From: Eledone cirrhosa
Lineage: Eukaryota
DNA: 64,000 nucleotides
Reading direction: 5' to 3'
NCBI GenBank assembly: GCA_964016885.1
Contig: OZ024741.1
Coordinates: forward strand, 390,600,001-390,664,000
The stretch's first letter is position 1; each line of letters begins with the position of its first letter. The position numbers and the translations under genes were made by a program. This document shows positions 1 through 13,469 of the stretch, piece after piece. The notes beneath the pieces were generated by a model. The model saw only the letters and a program-made list of their open reading frames with translations. It was not told where the DNA came from and did not search any database.

Positions 1-1234
1 GGAACTCCATTTACACGTAAAGTGCACTGCACAGGCTTCCTTTAGAGGATGAGTGTCACAGTTTTCGCAGTATTGATTTTTATTCCAGCCATACAGCACT
101 CGGCTTCAAACCTATCAAATGTAAGTAGAAGATCACCTTCTGTCGAGTTAAGTAACAGCATGTCGTCTGCAAATTCCAGCCGACCGATTTTACATCCGCC
201 AGTCATGATACCTCTTCCAACCCAGCTACGCATTTCAATCCTGTTCGTGTAAATAATGAACAGGAGAGGTGATAGTACGCACCCTAGGCGGAGTCTGACA
301 CACTGAATAGTTTTGATTTAGCCCCATTTACAAATACTTGAGCATTCATATAGAGACATCAGGGCACCGAGGAGCTGACTATTGATCCCAGACTCCTGCA
401 GAATCTTCCACAGCAGGTCCCAAGGAGTGCAGTCATATGCCATTTCAAGGTCGACAAAATAAAATATACCTCTTGGCAATACTCCCATGATTTCTCAAAG
501 ACCTGGCGCAGTGTAAATATTTGGTCGGCTGTGCTGCTTCCAGGTCGAAAGCCACACTGTTCATCAGCTAGCTTGGACATGACAATTTCCTTGCATCTCT
601 TTGCCAGACACATAGCATAGATTATACAGGGGAGGCTTAACAAGGAGATCTCTCTGTAATTGGAACAATTTCTCTCGTCTCCCTTTTTGAAAATTGTAAT
701 TATCAATTCTGATTGCCATTGCTTAAGTGCCTTTCCAGATATCCAGGCGACCCAGCACACACGAGTCAGCCAGAGAATACCTTCTCTATTTAAAGCTTTT
801 AACATCTTGGGGCGATTTTCGTCTTCTCCAGCAGACTTGCTACATATGATCTCTTTAACTGCTCTTGTGACCTCAGCCTCTGAGAGATTAGTCACTGCTC
901 CCAGATACACCTCATGCACATGGAAGATGTTATTGTGATTGGGTTTAGGAGGTCAGCAAAGTATTCTCCCCACCTCGCGAAGATGCACCTCTCTGAAGAG
1001 AGGAGAACCCCAGATGTGTTCTTGGTAGCAGGTGTGGAGGAGAGTTTCTTATTACAAAGTCAGCTGACAGTCTGCCAGAACACTTTATTTGCTGATGTGA
1101 AGTTGGATTCCAGCTTAACCCTAAAGTCCTCCCATATCTTAACTTTGAACTTAACTGTCTCTGCTGTAATTCCTTATGCCTGCTTGTACTGCAAGTACAA
1201 GAAAGAGGACTTATTTCCAAGCCAAGCTTTGTAA
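1..1234 (-). mobile_element. RTE-clade LINE, degenerate RT region (continues off the left edge)
   Basis: Minus ORFs 359..919 (KKGDERNCSNYREISLLS, EQCGFRPGSSTADQIFTLRQVFEKSWE) and 42..233 (LEFADDMLL) are non-LTR RT motifs with frameshifts; same family as 7772-9317. Confidence 0.9.
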
Positions 1235-1920
1235 GCCTCCTTCTTTGCTCAGGGAGGTGTGGGATGGATGCACAAAGTTCGCATATAGTGAGACCCCAAA
1301 GAAGGTCCAGAAGGAAGCAAACTTTAACAGTTGGAACCTGGGACATCACAACCCTTACATGTAAGGAGCAGGAAGTAATGGAGAAGGATAGATGCTATCA
1401 GATAGATATAGTTGGGGATTCCTCAACAAAATTTGATGGCTCTGATACTGTAGATTTGGATGGAGGATGGAAGCTCCACTATTCAGTTGTGGTGCCAGAA
1501 ATGACTGTACAGGTGGGAGTGGGGATACTCACAAGACCCTGGCTATCAGAATGTGTTGGGGATTGGATCCCGTTAGGAGAGAGGATTTGCCTCTTGAAGC
1601 TTAGGCTGAAAGATAGGTCTCTGTGGGTGGTGCAAATTTATGTATTAAACAAGGAGTCCAAATACAGACCCTTCCTTGATGAAGTCATTGCAGTGTTAGA
1701 TGTAGTTAAGACTGAGTCATATCTCCAGATGGAAGACTTCAATGCACATGTTGGCACTGACCACCGGACATGGAAAGGGGTGATTGGAAGGAACAGCGAC
1801 CCCAATCTAAATACGAATGGAGAGGCCTTACTTGACTTCTGCTCTAGCAATGGACTATCTATTATGAACACCTTCTTCCAGGACAGAGACATCTATAAAT
1901 ATACATGGTATAAGGGGATG
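1235..1920 (+). mobile_element. RTE-clade LINE 5' part with APE endonuclease, inverted relative to the adjacent RT fragment
   Basis: ORF 1264..1932: LTVGTWDITTL, MEDFNAHVG, GLSIMNTFFQDRDIYKYTWY are APE endonuclease motifs. Confidence 0.88.
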
Positions 1921-2043
1921 ATGTCAAGTTGATCCATCCAATCTAAGATAACAGTTCCTCTTGCCTTGCTATAAAAATTAAACTGGAGTAGCTAGAAGAT
2001 CAAAATTTTGGGTGGCTCACATATTCTTACATTATTTCAAAAT

Positions 2044-2232
2044 GGCGGTGGATTGGCAGTATTGGTAGAGTGACGGATGCCATGCTTTGGCACATAGAGT
2101 TACGGCCCTTGCCATTCTGAGTTCAAATCCCGAGGTTAACTTTACCTTTCATCCTTACGGGGTCGATAAAATAAAGTACCAGTAATACACCGAGTAATTG
2201 CTGGCCTTGTGCCTAACGTAGAAACAATTATT
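2044..2232 (+). mobile_element. tRNA-derived SINE, family A (central CCTTTCATCC..GGGGTCGATAAAATAAAGTACCAG domain)
   Basis: A-box-like TGGCAGTATTGG and B-box GAGTTCAAATCC; central domain recurs about ten times in the window. Confidence 0.8.
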
Positions 2233-2475
2233 TCAAAATGAAATCATCAAATATAAAATAAACAACATCAACAAATAAATACACTGATCTGTTATTGTAG
2301 CTAGCCCAAAATAAAGCTATCTTAAATCTTTCATTTCATACTGAGAAAATATTTCAATCTAAACCTTTAATGTTGTTTGTGTCTATGTTTATAGTGAAAC
2401 TAACTAAATGAAACTCAGTAACAATAGCCAGTTTTTTTTACTTGGTTGAATAATGAAAATCACAATTATACTTAC

Positions 2476-2516
2476 ATCTAGAGGCATTGGTTTCTGTTTA
2501 TCAACTTTTTTCATGC
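2476..2516 (-). CDS. Candidate 41-nt internal coding exon of an unidentified host gene (xMKKVDKQKPMPLD)
   Basis: Minus strand reads ttttttctttacag|GCATG...CTAGAT|gtaagt: strong polypyrimidine acceptor, consensus donor, open frame, non-repetitive context. Confidence 0.5.
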
Positions 2517-3148
2517 CTGTAAAGAAAAAAAATAAAGCTCAATGAATAAAAACAAAATGATGTTTTAATTTGCAAATATATACACATACTGGACTGTTGA
2601 TAAAGCTAGAAATGAATAGCAATAACACAATAACAGCGCATCAATAGCAACAACAACATATCAAATGACAACAGCATATGAAACAACAATATCAATAACA
2701 ACAATAGTATATTATTTTCAATGAATAGCATTCAAACCTTAACCAGCCTGTCATCTTTTCTGACATATTATATTCAAGACTAATTTATCCAGTACAGTAG
2801 GCTGGCATCTTATACCATAGTACTCATTATTTTCAAATCTGGTACTTATTTTATCAGTCACTATTTGTTAAACTGCTAAGTTATGGGACATAAAGGGTAA
2901 ATATAAGAACAATGATAGCTACATACATAAACAATGTGTTTCTGCAGCTTTCATTTACCTCAAACTGTTTTTTGATTCAGTTTAATTACATAATATGAAA
3001 CTCTGAAATCCAGTTCTATGACTTGTACTAACTTAACTAATGAAGTAATTTAGACAGTGAATTGGCCTCAGTTGTTCCCGCTCTCTGCACTTTGCAATGA
3101 ACTTCGCCTGTCATACTTTCTTTGTCAATAAAATAAAGTAATAGTTTA

Positions 3149-3720
3149 GGATGATGATGATCATCATCATCGTTTAATGTCTATTTTTCCATGCTCACAT
3201 GGGTTAGATAGGTTGCCCACATCATGAGACAAGTCTGGCCAGCTGGCCACACCATACCATGCTCGGATGGAGCTGTATTTTGGCTGGGATTTTTACAGTT
3301 GGATGCCCTTCCTAACACCAACCATGTTAAGTGTTTGGCCAGTTGGCTGCACCGTACCTTGCTCATATAGGAACCATAATTTGGGGGCTGGATGGTCCCA
3401 TTATGAGGGAGGTCAGGCAAAACCTTACTCATAACCCTAACCCTAACACCAACCACATTTACAGTGTAGTACTGGGTGGCACCGTTATGAGGAGGGTCTG
3501 GCCAGTTGGTCACGCCATACCCTGCTCACATTGGAACCGTAATTTGGGAGCTGGATGGTCCGATTATGAGAGAGGTCTGGTCAGTTGGCTCATGTTGTGA
3601 GATTAGTCTGACCAGATGGCCACACAGTACCTTGCACATATCAGGACTCTGTTCAGAACGGAACCATAATTTGGTGGCTAGGTGGTCGCATTATGAGATA
3701 CAGTGTGAAACTGGATGGCT
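3149..3720 (-). mobile_element. SINE/LINE-tail element with internally reiterated ~60-100 bp modules
   Basis: (CAT)n tail and GGATGCCCTTCCTAACAC motif; GCTCA..GGAACC.TAATTTGGG.GCTGGATGGTCC.ATTATGAG module repeated 3-4 times. Confidence 0.6.
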
Positions 3721-3784
3721 CCATGATGAAGAGGGAGATATAATATAATATATAGTATGTATATACAATTTTGCACATTGGTTT

Positions 3785-4520
3785 TTGGGGGCCTCTGACG
3801 AAGGAATTTCCATTTCAAGCCATTTTCAGGGGATACAAATAGATTCTTACATCAATTTAAAATACTTCATGTCTATTTTTCTATGGTTACCTCCATGTGT
3901 ACTTTCAGAATATGTATAGTTTTATATGGTTTCAACTTCATGATAAGCAGTTATCATAGTTAAAAAATTTGAGGGGAAAAACTGGGCAATTTTACACTTT
4001 TTCCATTTTTTAATGCCCTTGATGCATTGAAAATGCATTACCTCTGGGTAATTGAATTCAAGTGTTCTGTCAAGTTTCTAAGTCATAATTAATGGTGGGG
4101 TGTTCAACCGTTGGTGCTATTCAGTAATATCCACATAAACTTTTCAAAAATAGCCCCCAAGACACGGATTTTTCAAACTTTCAGTTAAGATTAAAAAATG
4201 AAAAGAAATCGCCAGCTTAAAGCAACTGGCTTTTAGTGCCTGGGGGGCATCAGATGGTGGAAATTAAGGAAATCAAGTTCCAAAGGCATGGGATAAAAAC
4301 CACTTGGAGTAATAGGTCTCTAAAAATCAAATAAATTTAATATTTTCAAAATTTCGGAAATTGCCCTAATCTTTAATTGACCATAAAATTTGATTGGTAA
4401 ATGCTATGGAGCAAATATTTTCAGGAATTACTTCTCTCAGAGATACCAATAAATGGCGAAAATTTGAAGAAAATCTGAAGACCTCTGGAACGGACCCCTG
4501 AAATGACCCTATGGCCTTTC
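3785..4520. mobile_element. Possible non-autonomous DNA-transposon remnant
   Basis: Subterminal-like motifs (AAATTTGAAGAAAATCTG..GAAATGACC); no TIR pair confirmed. Confidence 0.25.
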
Positions 4521-4569
4521 TCGGGTGTGAAATTGACAAAAAGTATCTTTACTTTATTTACCTATAAGG

Positions 4570-4706
4570 ATGAGGAGGAGGAGGTGGTGGAGGTGGTGGT
4601 GGTGGTGTGGTGGTGTGGTGGCAGAAGTAGTGGTGGTGTGGTGGTGTGGTGGCAGAAGTAGTGGTGGTGGTGTGGTGGTGTGGTGGCAGAAGTAGGGGTA
4701 GTGGTG
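4570..4706 (+). repeat. (GGT)n-rich tract with a GTGGTGGTGTGGTGGCAGAAGTA unit repeated 3 times
   Basis: Direct inspection. Confidence 0.85.
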
Positions 4707-5639
4707 CGATTATATTTTATCAGTGGACCAGACAGCTAGTAGAAATGTAAAATCTGCCTTGAACAGATGTCACTTGCTAGGTAAGTTAACTCTAGATATA
4801 GAAGGATTGGCAGTTAGGCATTAATATTCAGGTATATAATGTGTTATATGGAAATGTCACACAGTGAATTACTTCAATGAAAGTCTGTTGGTGACTCATT
4901 ATCAGCTAGGTTACTAGCAAACAAAGATATAATTTTCTGGAGTCCAGTGGACCTAGCTACAAATATCATGTGGTGGTATATGTCAATGAAGTTAATCTAA
5001 TTCAATCAAAATCATGATGCCATATTATAACTTTCTTTTTATTGGCTTAAGTCATTAGGCTATGGCCATGTGGAACACTGCCTTAAAAAATTTTAGTCAA
5101 TCACTAGACCACCAGTGACCTGTTGGGTCACATTCACTTCAAAATATTTTTTAAATAATTAAAATATACAGACATGTATATAATGTGAAATGAAACTGGA
5201 AGGCCCATATATATATACGTGTGTGCATGTATATATATGTGAGAGTGTGTATACATATACGTGTGTGTGGGGAGGGGGTCCTGATCTATATACACTGGTC
5301 ATAGACACACACATATATTCACACACACTCATATATATATATATACACAACACACACAGCTCTCTCTTCCATTCTCCTTTGTCTTCTCTCCCTCTCTTTC
5401 AATTTACTCTCTCACAACCACTATCTCTTCCTCCCTATCCTTCTCTCTCTCTATTTATGAAGGTACTCAGAAAAACCCATATTGGGGGTTGGGGCACCGA
5501 TTTACGTGAAACTTGTTTTATTCCGTTTGTATTCCTATTTCAGGGTCAACTTCCTTTCAAAGTATTTCCCCACTATGCACCCTTTTACATCAAAGACAAG
5601 CAAGCACAGACTTTTAGTTTTATATAGATAGGTAAATAT

Positions 5640-5908
5640 CAACTGCAGTTCTTATTTTATCAAATTACTAAGCTATGGGGTATAAACACAGACATGGGCG
5701 CGCGCGCACACACACGCACACGCACACACACACACACACACAATGTACTTCTGCAGTTTAGAGCCACCCAATTTTACTTAAAAAGCACTGGTCAACCAAT
5801 TGCTATAGTAAAAAACATCTGCCCAAGGTACCACACAGTGGGAGTGAACCCTAAGCCATATGTGTGCACAGAGTGAACTCCTTACCCACACAACCATGCC
5901 TGCACCTG
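5640..5908 (-). mobile_element. Octopus-type tRNA-derived SINE, family C, with internal (CA)n
   Basis: Minus head GCAGGCATGGTTGTGTGGGTAAG...GGGTTCACTCCCACTGTGTGGTACCTTGGGCA; related pieces at ~2820-2960, ~20130-20250, ~28597-28710. Confidence 0.7.
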
Positions 5909-5914
5909 TGTATT

Positions 5915-6262
5915 CATCATCATCATCATCATTTCATTTTACGTCCGCTTTTTCCCTGCTTGCAAGGGTGGGACAGGAACTGATTCTGGCTTGATTTTTA
6001 CAGCTGGATGCCCTGCCCTTCCTAACACCAACCTCATTTACAGTGAGTGTTGGGTGCTTTTTTGCCGTGGCACCTCCACGACCACTTTGCAGTGGAATAT
6101 GGACCTCAGTCCCTATCATCTCATTTCTACAGCTGAGTAAACTGGAGCAATGTGAAATAAAGTGTCTTGCTCAAGGAAACAACACATCACTCGGTCTGAG
6201 AATTGAACTCACAACCTTTCGATTGCAAGGCCAATGCTCTAACCACTAAGCCATGTGCCTCC
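5915..6262 (-). mobile_element. tRNA-derived SINE, family B (CORE-like centre, RTE-derived tail)
   Basis: Minus strand: A box TGGCTTAGTGG, B box GAGTTCAATTC, CCTTGAGCAAGACACTT core, tail CCCTTGCAAGCAGGGAAAAAGCGGACGTAAAATGAAA(TGA)n; near-identical copy at 57560-57865. Confidence 0.85.
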
Positions 6263-6767
6263 ATTGTATTGTAATTTATAAATGTTATCCACAACTAAAA
6301 CTGTTCTAGAGATTGAAACAGCTAGCTCATTTTATTCACACCCATTATTTACTGTGTATCAACCTGAATAATAAGCTGTGAGGGAGGGGGGTGAATTAGA
6401 AGCTTTCGCCATAATTTTTTACTACTGAAAATACTCTAATAACAGGCTCCTGAACAGAAAAAAATGGGCATCAGCACACATAGGGGTGTTGAAGCCACAC
6501 TTCCTACTGACCAGATTTGTGCACTACCATTTACACAAGCATGTCCATTCACTATGAATAAACTCTCTCCCCCCCCCCCGTTCTGGGGGCTTAAATGCCA
6601 TGTTATTAGACTATTTTCTAAGGTAAAAAAATATGGCAAAAGATTCTAAACATACGTGGGGGAGGGGGGGGGGCTTTACTTTAAAGTTGACCTCTGTCAT
6701 ATTGCAGCATTAAGAAGTTTGCTTTCCAATTGCAGGGTCTTGTTGTTCTAAACCCATATTTGTCCCT

Positions 6768-7090
6768 GCAAATAGTTATTTCTCCACTCATACATTTAGT
6801 CCTGTTTGTCATTTGTAAATATATGCTGAACATTTATGTAAATTTATCCTAGAAATAATTAACATATCATTCTTATTTTTAATCACTTCCACATGCCACC
6901 AATCAATATTAACCATAGGATTTCACTTATGCAAACCATTAAAATACAAATTTCTCAGTTTGTATGATTGTTCATATATCTGGTATTCCTCGTGTACACA
7001 GCATACCAATCTTGGACTCCATAACCTAAATACATTCAACACTAATGCCATCATTATTAATGGCACAGGTCCACTGATAAGCACATATTA
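6768..7090 (+). repeat. Old ~320-bp dispersed repeat, copy 1
   Basis: Colinear similarity with 37488-37812 (shared GCTGAACATTTATGTAA, TTTAATCACTTC, CTTATGCAAACC, CATCATTATTAATGGCA). Confidence 0.7.
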
Positions 7091-7771
7091 TACAACATGT
7101 ATAAGGGAAAACGACTCTCGTTATACCCTGCATTATACAATATAATGCAATCAATCAGGCCTCAACCAGTTTAATTTAATCCACCTACAACAGTTCATTC
7201 ATGTCTATTTTATTTCAGTCAGTGAACAAGATAATTTATTAGTAAATACATAAATAGATTTTTTTTAAAGTCTGGAATCGGTGCAAAGAAAGAAACGGAT
7301 ATTGGAAATTCTACTACAGTTTTGTATTTTTCTGAAGGCAGACAGCCATTATGAATAACTATTTCCATTTCTAGAAATAGCAAGTGTAGAGTGTAGTCAG
7401 TATTTCTGCACCAGACAGCTAATATATCACTTTTCACAGCTGACATCTTACAGTAGTTGGTCCAGGAAGTGATAGACCAAGCAGCCTATATCTGTTGTAC
7501 TCAGTCCCCTGTATTATTTCATATTTTTGTAGCCAAACACTTTCTGTCTGGGCTGAATCTGGCCTTATTTCCACAATAGCATTATCTAAATTTAATTTTA
7601 TTCCTCAGCTATCACATGGTAAAAGGAATTAACTCCCAGTCATTTTGTCATAGTAGTAGTAGTAGTGGTGGTGGTGGCGGGGGGACTAAAGAGAAAATGT
7701 CCAATGGTGTGAATAATTTGAGTAAATGAAATGCTGAATTTCCAAACGGTAAAAGATATTATAGCATCTTC

Positions 7772-9317
7772 TGATGTACATCTGGGATCAGTGACTAATC
7801 GCAAGGACGACGCAGTGGTCACAAGAGCCGTTAAAGAGATCAAATATGGCAGGGCCACTGCGGAATATGAAATCTGGCCCGAGATGTTAAAAGCCTTCAA
7901 TAGAGAAGGTATTCTCTGGCCGACTTGTGTGTGCCAGGTGGCCTGGATTTCTGGAAAAGTACCTCAGCAATGGCAATCAGGAGAGATAAACCCAATTTTC
8001 AAAAAGGGAAACAAGAGAGATTGTTCCAATTACAGGGGGATCTCCTTACACCTCCCCGGTAAAGTTTATGCTAAGTGTCTGACAAAGAGATGTTGGGAGA
8101 TTGTCGAGTTCGAGCTAGCTGATGAACAGTGCGGTTTTTACCCCCAGATGTAACACAACCAACCAAATATTCACACTGTGGCAGGTCTTCGAGAAATCAT
8201 AGGAGTATTGCCAAGAGGTATATTCTTATTTTGTAGGCCTCGAAAAGGCATATGGCTGCGTTCCTCGGAACCTGCTGTAGAAGGTTCTGCAGGAGTATGG
8301 GATCGATGGTCAGCTTCTTGCTCCCATGATGTCTCTGTACGAATGCCCGAGTATTTATGTTCAGATAAATGGTGCTAAATCAAAACCAATGTGTGGGTCA
8401 GACTCCACCAAGGGTGAGTACTGTCACCTCTCCTGTTCATTATTTTTGTGAACAGGATTGACATGTGCAGCCAGATTGGAAGTGGTATCATGACTGGCAG
8501 GTGTAAAATCAGTCAGCAGGAATTTGCAGATGACATGGTGTTACTTAACTCAACAGAAGGTGATCTTTGATAGGTTTGATGGCGAGTGCTGCATGGCTGG
8601 AATGAAAATCGGTGCTGCGAAAACTGTGACACTCATCCTTTCAAGGAAGCCTGCGCAGTGCATTCTACATGTGAATGGAGTTCAACTGAAGCAGGTGGAG
8701 AAGTTCAAGTATCTCAGGGTTGTGTTCATGAGTGATGGAAGGCAGGAGGCTAAATTAAGTGCAAGAATTGCAGGAACTGGTGCAGTAATGCACCAGCTTC
8801 AGCATTCAGTAATCAGAAGAAGGGAGGTAGGTGTAAAAGCCAAACTTGCTATCTTCAATTCGGTATTCATGCCAACCCTTACCTATAGTCATGAATCTTG
8901 GTTAGTGGTTGAAAGAATATGATCACGAATACAAGTGGCCAAAATGGAATTCCTCCGAAAGGTCTTTGGAGTGATGTTACTCAACAGAGTGCATAACTCA
9001 GAGATCAGAGAGTCACTCCAAATAGAGCTGCTACTTCTCCAAATTGAGAGATCACAGCTCCGATACTGTGGACATGTGGTTAAAATTTCTCAGGAAAGAA
9101 TTGCTGGACAGATTTTATGAGCAAAACCAACCGGCAGGAGATTCAGGGGTAGACCCCAAGCAAGATGGTTGGATAACATCCATGAGTTTGGATGGTCTCA
9201 CTTGGGGATCCAGCTGAACCATCTAGAGACGGTTGCTTCTGACAGGACCCACTGAGTGTTTGAGGACTCGGCCCTCATGGATTTCTCAGCAATAAGTGGG
9301 AGGAGGAGAAGAAGAAG
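7772..9317 (+). mobile_element. RTE-clade LINE, 5'-truncated, RT to 3' end, degenerate
   Basis: ORFs 7731..8153, 8524..8922, 8935..9120 (CSNYRGISL, QVEKFKYL, IERSQLRYCGHV); ends in a (GAA)n tail. Confidence 0.9.
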
Positions 9318-10358
9318 TTAAAGAAAAAAGAATTGAGAAGACCATCTGTTGAAATTAATGCCAAGAGAAAAATAAATTGAGTTACCACATCCATTATGCC
9401 AAACCTGAAGTCGTTTTGATTTTCTTTTTTTTTTTATTTGGTTTTGCTGTTTTAAATTTAAAATGTTGCTATTTTCAAAGGGTGTGATCAAAAGCCAAAT
9501 CAATAAGATATTGACCTCCTAGTCTATACTCTATTACTGGCAGTATTTTGTGTCCTTGGCAAAGATAATTTCCATGAGTCCAGTGCACTCAGTCTATAAA
9601 TAACAATGTGATAGTTTAGCTTAATGTCCGGCAGAGACACTTCAATATGGGTTTCATTACTTGGCAGTATTGAATTCAAATTTCCCGATCGATTATTGAA
9701 AATATATCTCTTATTCTGTAGATCACTAACACTAGTGAGGCTGTCATGTCATTAACATGACTTGGGGGTCCTCCCATCCCTTTATGTGTGCTGGGTGCAT
9801 TTATCGTGTAGATCACCAACTGTAGGGAGGCTGTCAGTGTGATCTACACAATAACATTTCCAGATAACCAGCTGAACATTTCATGATCTTCAGTTAACCA
9901 CTGTTCATCATGCAGTTAACCACTTTAGTACAACTGTTACAGCTGAAAGTTCTGGTTTTTCTTTATATCTTTAGTAATTTCATATCACTATTGTTTGATT
10001 TCATTAAATCATAGTCAGTTTCTACTTACTAAGCAAGATCAACTTCATTGTGAAAAAAAAATAGTTATTTTAATAAATTCCTCCTAATTTTTTTTATTAT
10101 TTTCAAAATTAATTGAAATCTATTGGATATATGATAATGAAAGGGTTATGCAGACCAAAAGCATTCAAGCTGTGATCATAATTCATTTTTTTTTTTTAAG
10201 CATATCTTATCTTGAATACACATACTGCGTTTTTTTTTCTTATTTCATAAGTTATATTTAAAATGGAATAATGTAATTTGAATGAAATTTGGCTACTATT
10301 TCTAGCAACATGTGTGACAATATAGAGGTGCTCGTTCTCTCTGCAGTTTAGTCTAATG

Positions 10359-10574
10359 CAGGCATGTCAAACATGCAGCCCGAGGGCTGCATGTGGCTCT
10401 TTACAAGCACATCTGCTACTCGCACAAAGGTTTTTAGAGAGCGAGCATGTTTTATCTTTGTAATATAAAATAAAAATTAGTTGTAATGTGCGCAATTAGT
10501 TGTCGTGTATGGCCCTCAGACAACACATATGTGACCCATGTGGCCCTTGGAGAACCCTCAGTTTGACATGCCTG
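10359..10574. mobile_element. hAT (Charlie-type) MITE
   Basis: Perfect 14-bp TIR CAGGCATGTCAAAC/GTTTGACATGCCTG and perfect 8-bp TSD GTCTAATG (10351-10358, 10575-10582). Confidence 0.92.
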
Positions 10575-10849
10575 GTCTAATGGGATGAAATCTGACACTA
10601 TTTACTATTAGATCAAGTGTTGGTCTACACTTTGTAGCATCTATGGACAATACAACTACAGCAAATAGGAACTATTTATTTATTGCAAATTCTCATATTC
10701 TTTTAAATCAGAACCCAATAAGAAAATTCCATTTAACACATCTGGGATCCACCTTTCAGCTTTTTCAAGCAATTATTAACAGCATCAGACTGATTCACAA
10801 ATTATAAGAGCATAAACTCATTCATTTACAAATTAAATTGGGTTTTATA

Positions 10850-11385
10850 GGAATTAGAAATAGTGTACAAAAGAGAAAACTGCATTGGTATGGACATGTG
10901 ATGCAAATGGATGATGATCACTGAGTAAAGTACCAGGAAATTACAGTTGAAGAAAGCCCAACCCATGCAAGCGTAGAAAAGCAGGCGTAAAAACAACAAT
11001 GATGGTGATATAAGAATTGCTGGAGCTGGTGCCAGTTTCAGCACTTGGTCATCAGCAGAAAGGAGGTAGATGTAAAAGCCAAACACACTCTCTTCAATTC
11101 AGTCTTCATGTCTACCCTCACTTCTCGTCATGAATCTTGGGTAATGACCGAAAGAATACAACTGTAAATATAAGCAGTCAAAATGGGGTTCCTCTAAAGA
11201 GTCTTTGGAGTAACATTACTCAATAAGGTGCAGAGCTCGGAGAAGAGATCACAGCTCAGGTACTATGGACATGCAAAGGCATCTCACATACAAGATGGTT
11301 GATCCAGCCAGACCATTTAGAGACAATTGCTTCTGATAGGCTCCTCTAGAAGGAGTCTCTCAGGAAGAAGTAGACAAAGAAAAAG
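10850..11385 (+). mobile_element. Degenerate RTE 3' fragments
   Basis: WYGHVM-like segment, then sequence colinear with 8760-9310. Confidence 0.7.
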
Positions 11386-13469
11386 ATATGTGCACGCACA
11401 CACAGAGTATCTTACTATCCCTTTACCAATATGACAGGCTTTTGAGGTGACATGTACTACAGCTTTAATCATCAACCTCTTTCAATGTCCACTTTCCCTG
11501 CTAGCAAGGGCTGAACGGGTCTTCAAAGACTGAGTCAGTGCTGAAGTAAGACTGCTGCTCTCCCAAACAGGCCAGGAGTTCGCATCTTGCTTACATACGT
11601 TTCCACAGTCTACCAAGTACATTTTATCATGGCACCATCTCTAGAGAAGTGGTTATGCTTTTGACACTACTGAAGGGTGCTCCCAACCGTTTGTTTGGCT
11701 TTCTATGGTTGGATGCACTTCCTATTACCAATCACTTTACAGCATGTTTTGGGTGCATTTATGATGTTGATCACCAACACTAGAGAGGTTGTTGTGCTGT
11801 TGACACAACTGAGGAGTCTTCAATATAATAGATATTTTGTAAGTAAGCATTAAAGTAAAACTAAATTATACTCTGAATTGCAATTACCTTTGGAAAATAA
11901 CAATAGAGGGTGAATAGCACAGGATCAGAGTATATTTAATGCTAGTAGTAGAAAACATAATGCGCATAGCTTAGTAGTTAGAGAATTGGAATCGCAATCG
12001 GGATGTTACAAGTTTGATTTCTGGACCGAGCGATGCGTTATGTCCTCGAGCAAGACACTTTCTTCAAGGAGTTGGAACTGGTAGATAGTATCAGCAACAG
12101 AAAGACTAATGGAGGCATTGTTTCCTTGGTTCGATTTGACGAGCTCCACCTCACTTGGTAAGTGAATGAGGTCTGGGAAATTGAATAAAAAGAAGCTAAA
12201 ACCTATAGGAAATTCCTATGTAAGAAAATAAAGACACTCCCAAGTTTTAAAAAATGCATTTTTAAAGAAGACTACCAACAGTACATTCAGCAGTGAAAGT
12301 AATAAGAATTATTATTGCAGTGGATAAAAGAATCAAACAAGACACAGATTTATAATACACCCAAGCAATGTATTGTGGATCTCATACAATTTGCAGAGTT
12401 GTCATAGCATAGGAAAAATTGCTATGCAGTATTTGTTTCAATTCTCAGTGCTCTGAATTGAAATCTCTCCATGGTTGATACAATAACAATATTGTTAGTG
12501 TTGAATGAGATACCTTGCGATATTTCACACTTTGTGTTCTGAATTTAAATCCTATAGTGGGATTTTTGGGTGACAGACTTGGTCCCCCAGTTTAACATCA
12601 TCTGGTTTTTTTTGTGTGCCTTTAGTGGAGTTCATTTTTTACAAGCATTTAAACCAGTTCTCTAGATTCAGGATACATTCCACCCTCTTACAAATCTCAT
12701 GCCCTGAATGGGGATTGTGGGCACTGACTAAACAGTATTAAAAATAACGTACACGTGGTTTATTTTCTAAACTAAATGATGATTGTTGTTGTTGTAAGCT
12801 TAGATTTGTGCATTTTTTCTTGTTGTTTCAATTACCTCTTAAACACTAGGAACCAGTTCCCTTAAAATAGAAATTTTACTCTATAAATCTTTCATGATCT
12901 CAAATTAAAATTTCATTTTTTGTTTCTTTGACATACAGATGCTAATTTCAAATTCTTTTTGAATTTATAAAATATGACTTAGTTTCTCTCAGATACTGAA
13001 GAAGCTTTTTCTTTGTGTGCTAATGTGTAATATTAATAAAGAAGAGGATATTGATTTCTTACACTGACAACCACAAACTGATGCTCTGTGGTGACTGACT
13101 AGAATTAGCAATAAAAGAATATCATTGATTGAATTGATCTCAGTACATGCCTGATATCATCTATTTTATTGACTCTAGGGGGATGAAATACATATAAACT
13201 GGTTGTGGTGGCAGTAGTGATGGTTGTATGTGTCTGTGTGCGCACACGTTATAGCCCTAATTTTCTGTCAGTCACTAAGAAAACTAGATGTAGATGAAGT
13301 CATGTACAGAGAATTTAGAAATCAATTTGGCAATTTAGAAATCAATTTGGCAATTTAGAGTGTAGGTAGATGTCCACCAGGACTCAGTTCTTAATCCCCT
13401 ACTGATTATTATTCATCTAACCATATCTAAGTAAGAAATCCTATACAATCCTGGCCTGAGTTCTAATAA

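Noticed and set aside
4562-4706. Minus-strand polyproline exon ending at a gtaaat donor
   Set aside because: Simple (CCA)n repeat, no convincing acceptor, and phase incompatible with the 2476-2516 exon in the proline frame
6190-6262. Functional tRNA gene
   Set aside because: Has A/B boxes but continues into a SINE core and LINE-derived tail; acceptor and anticodon stems do not pair well
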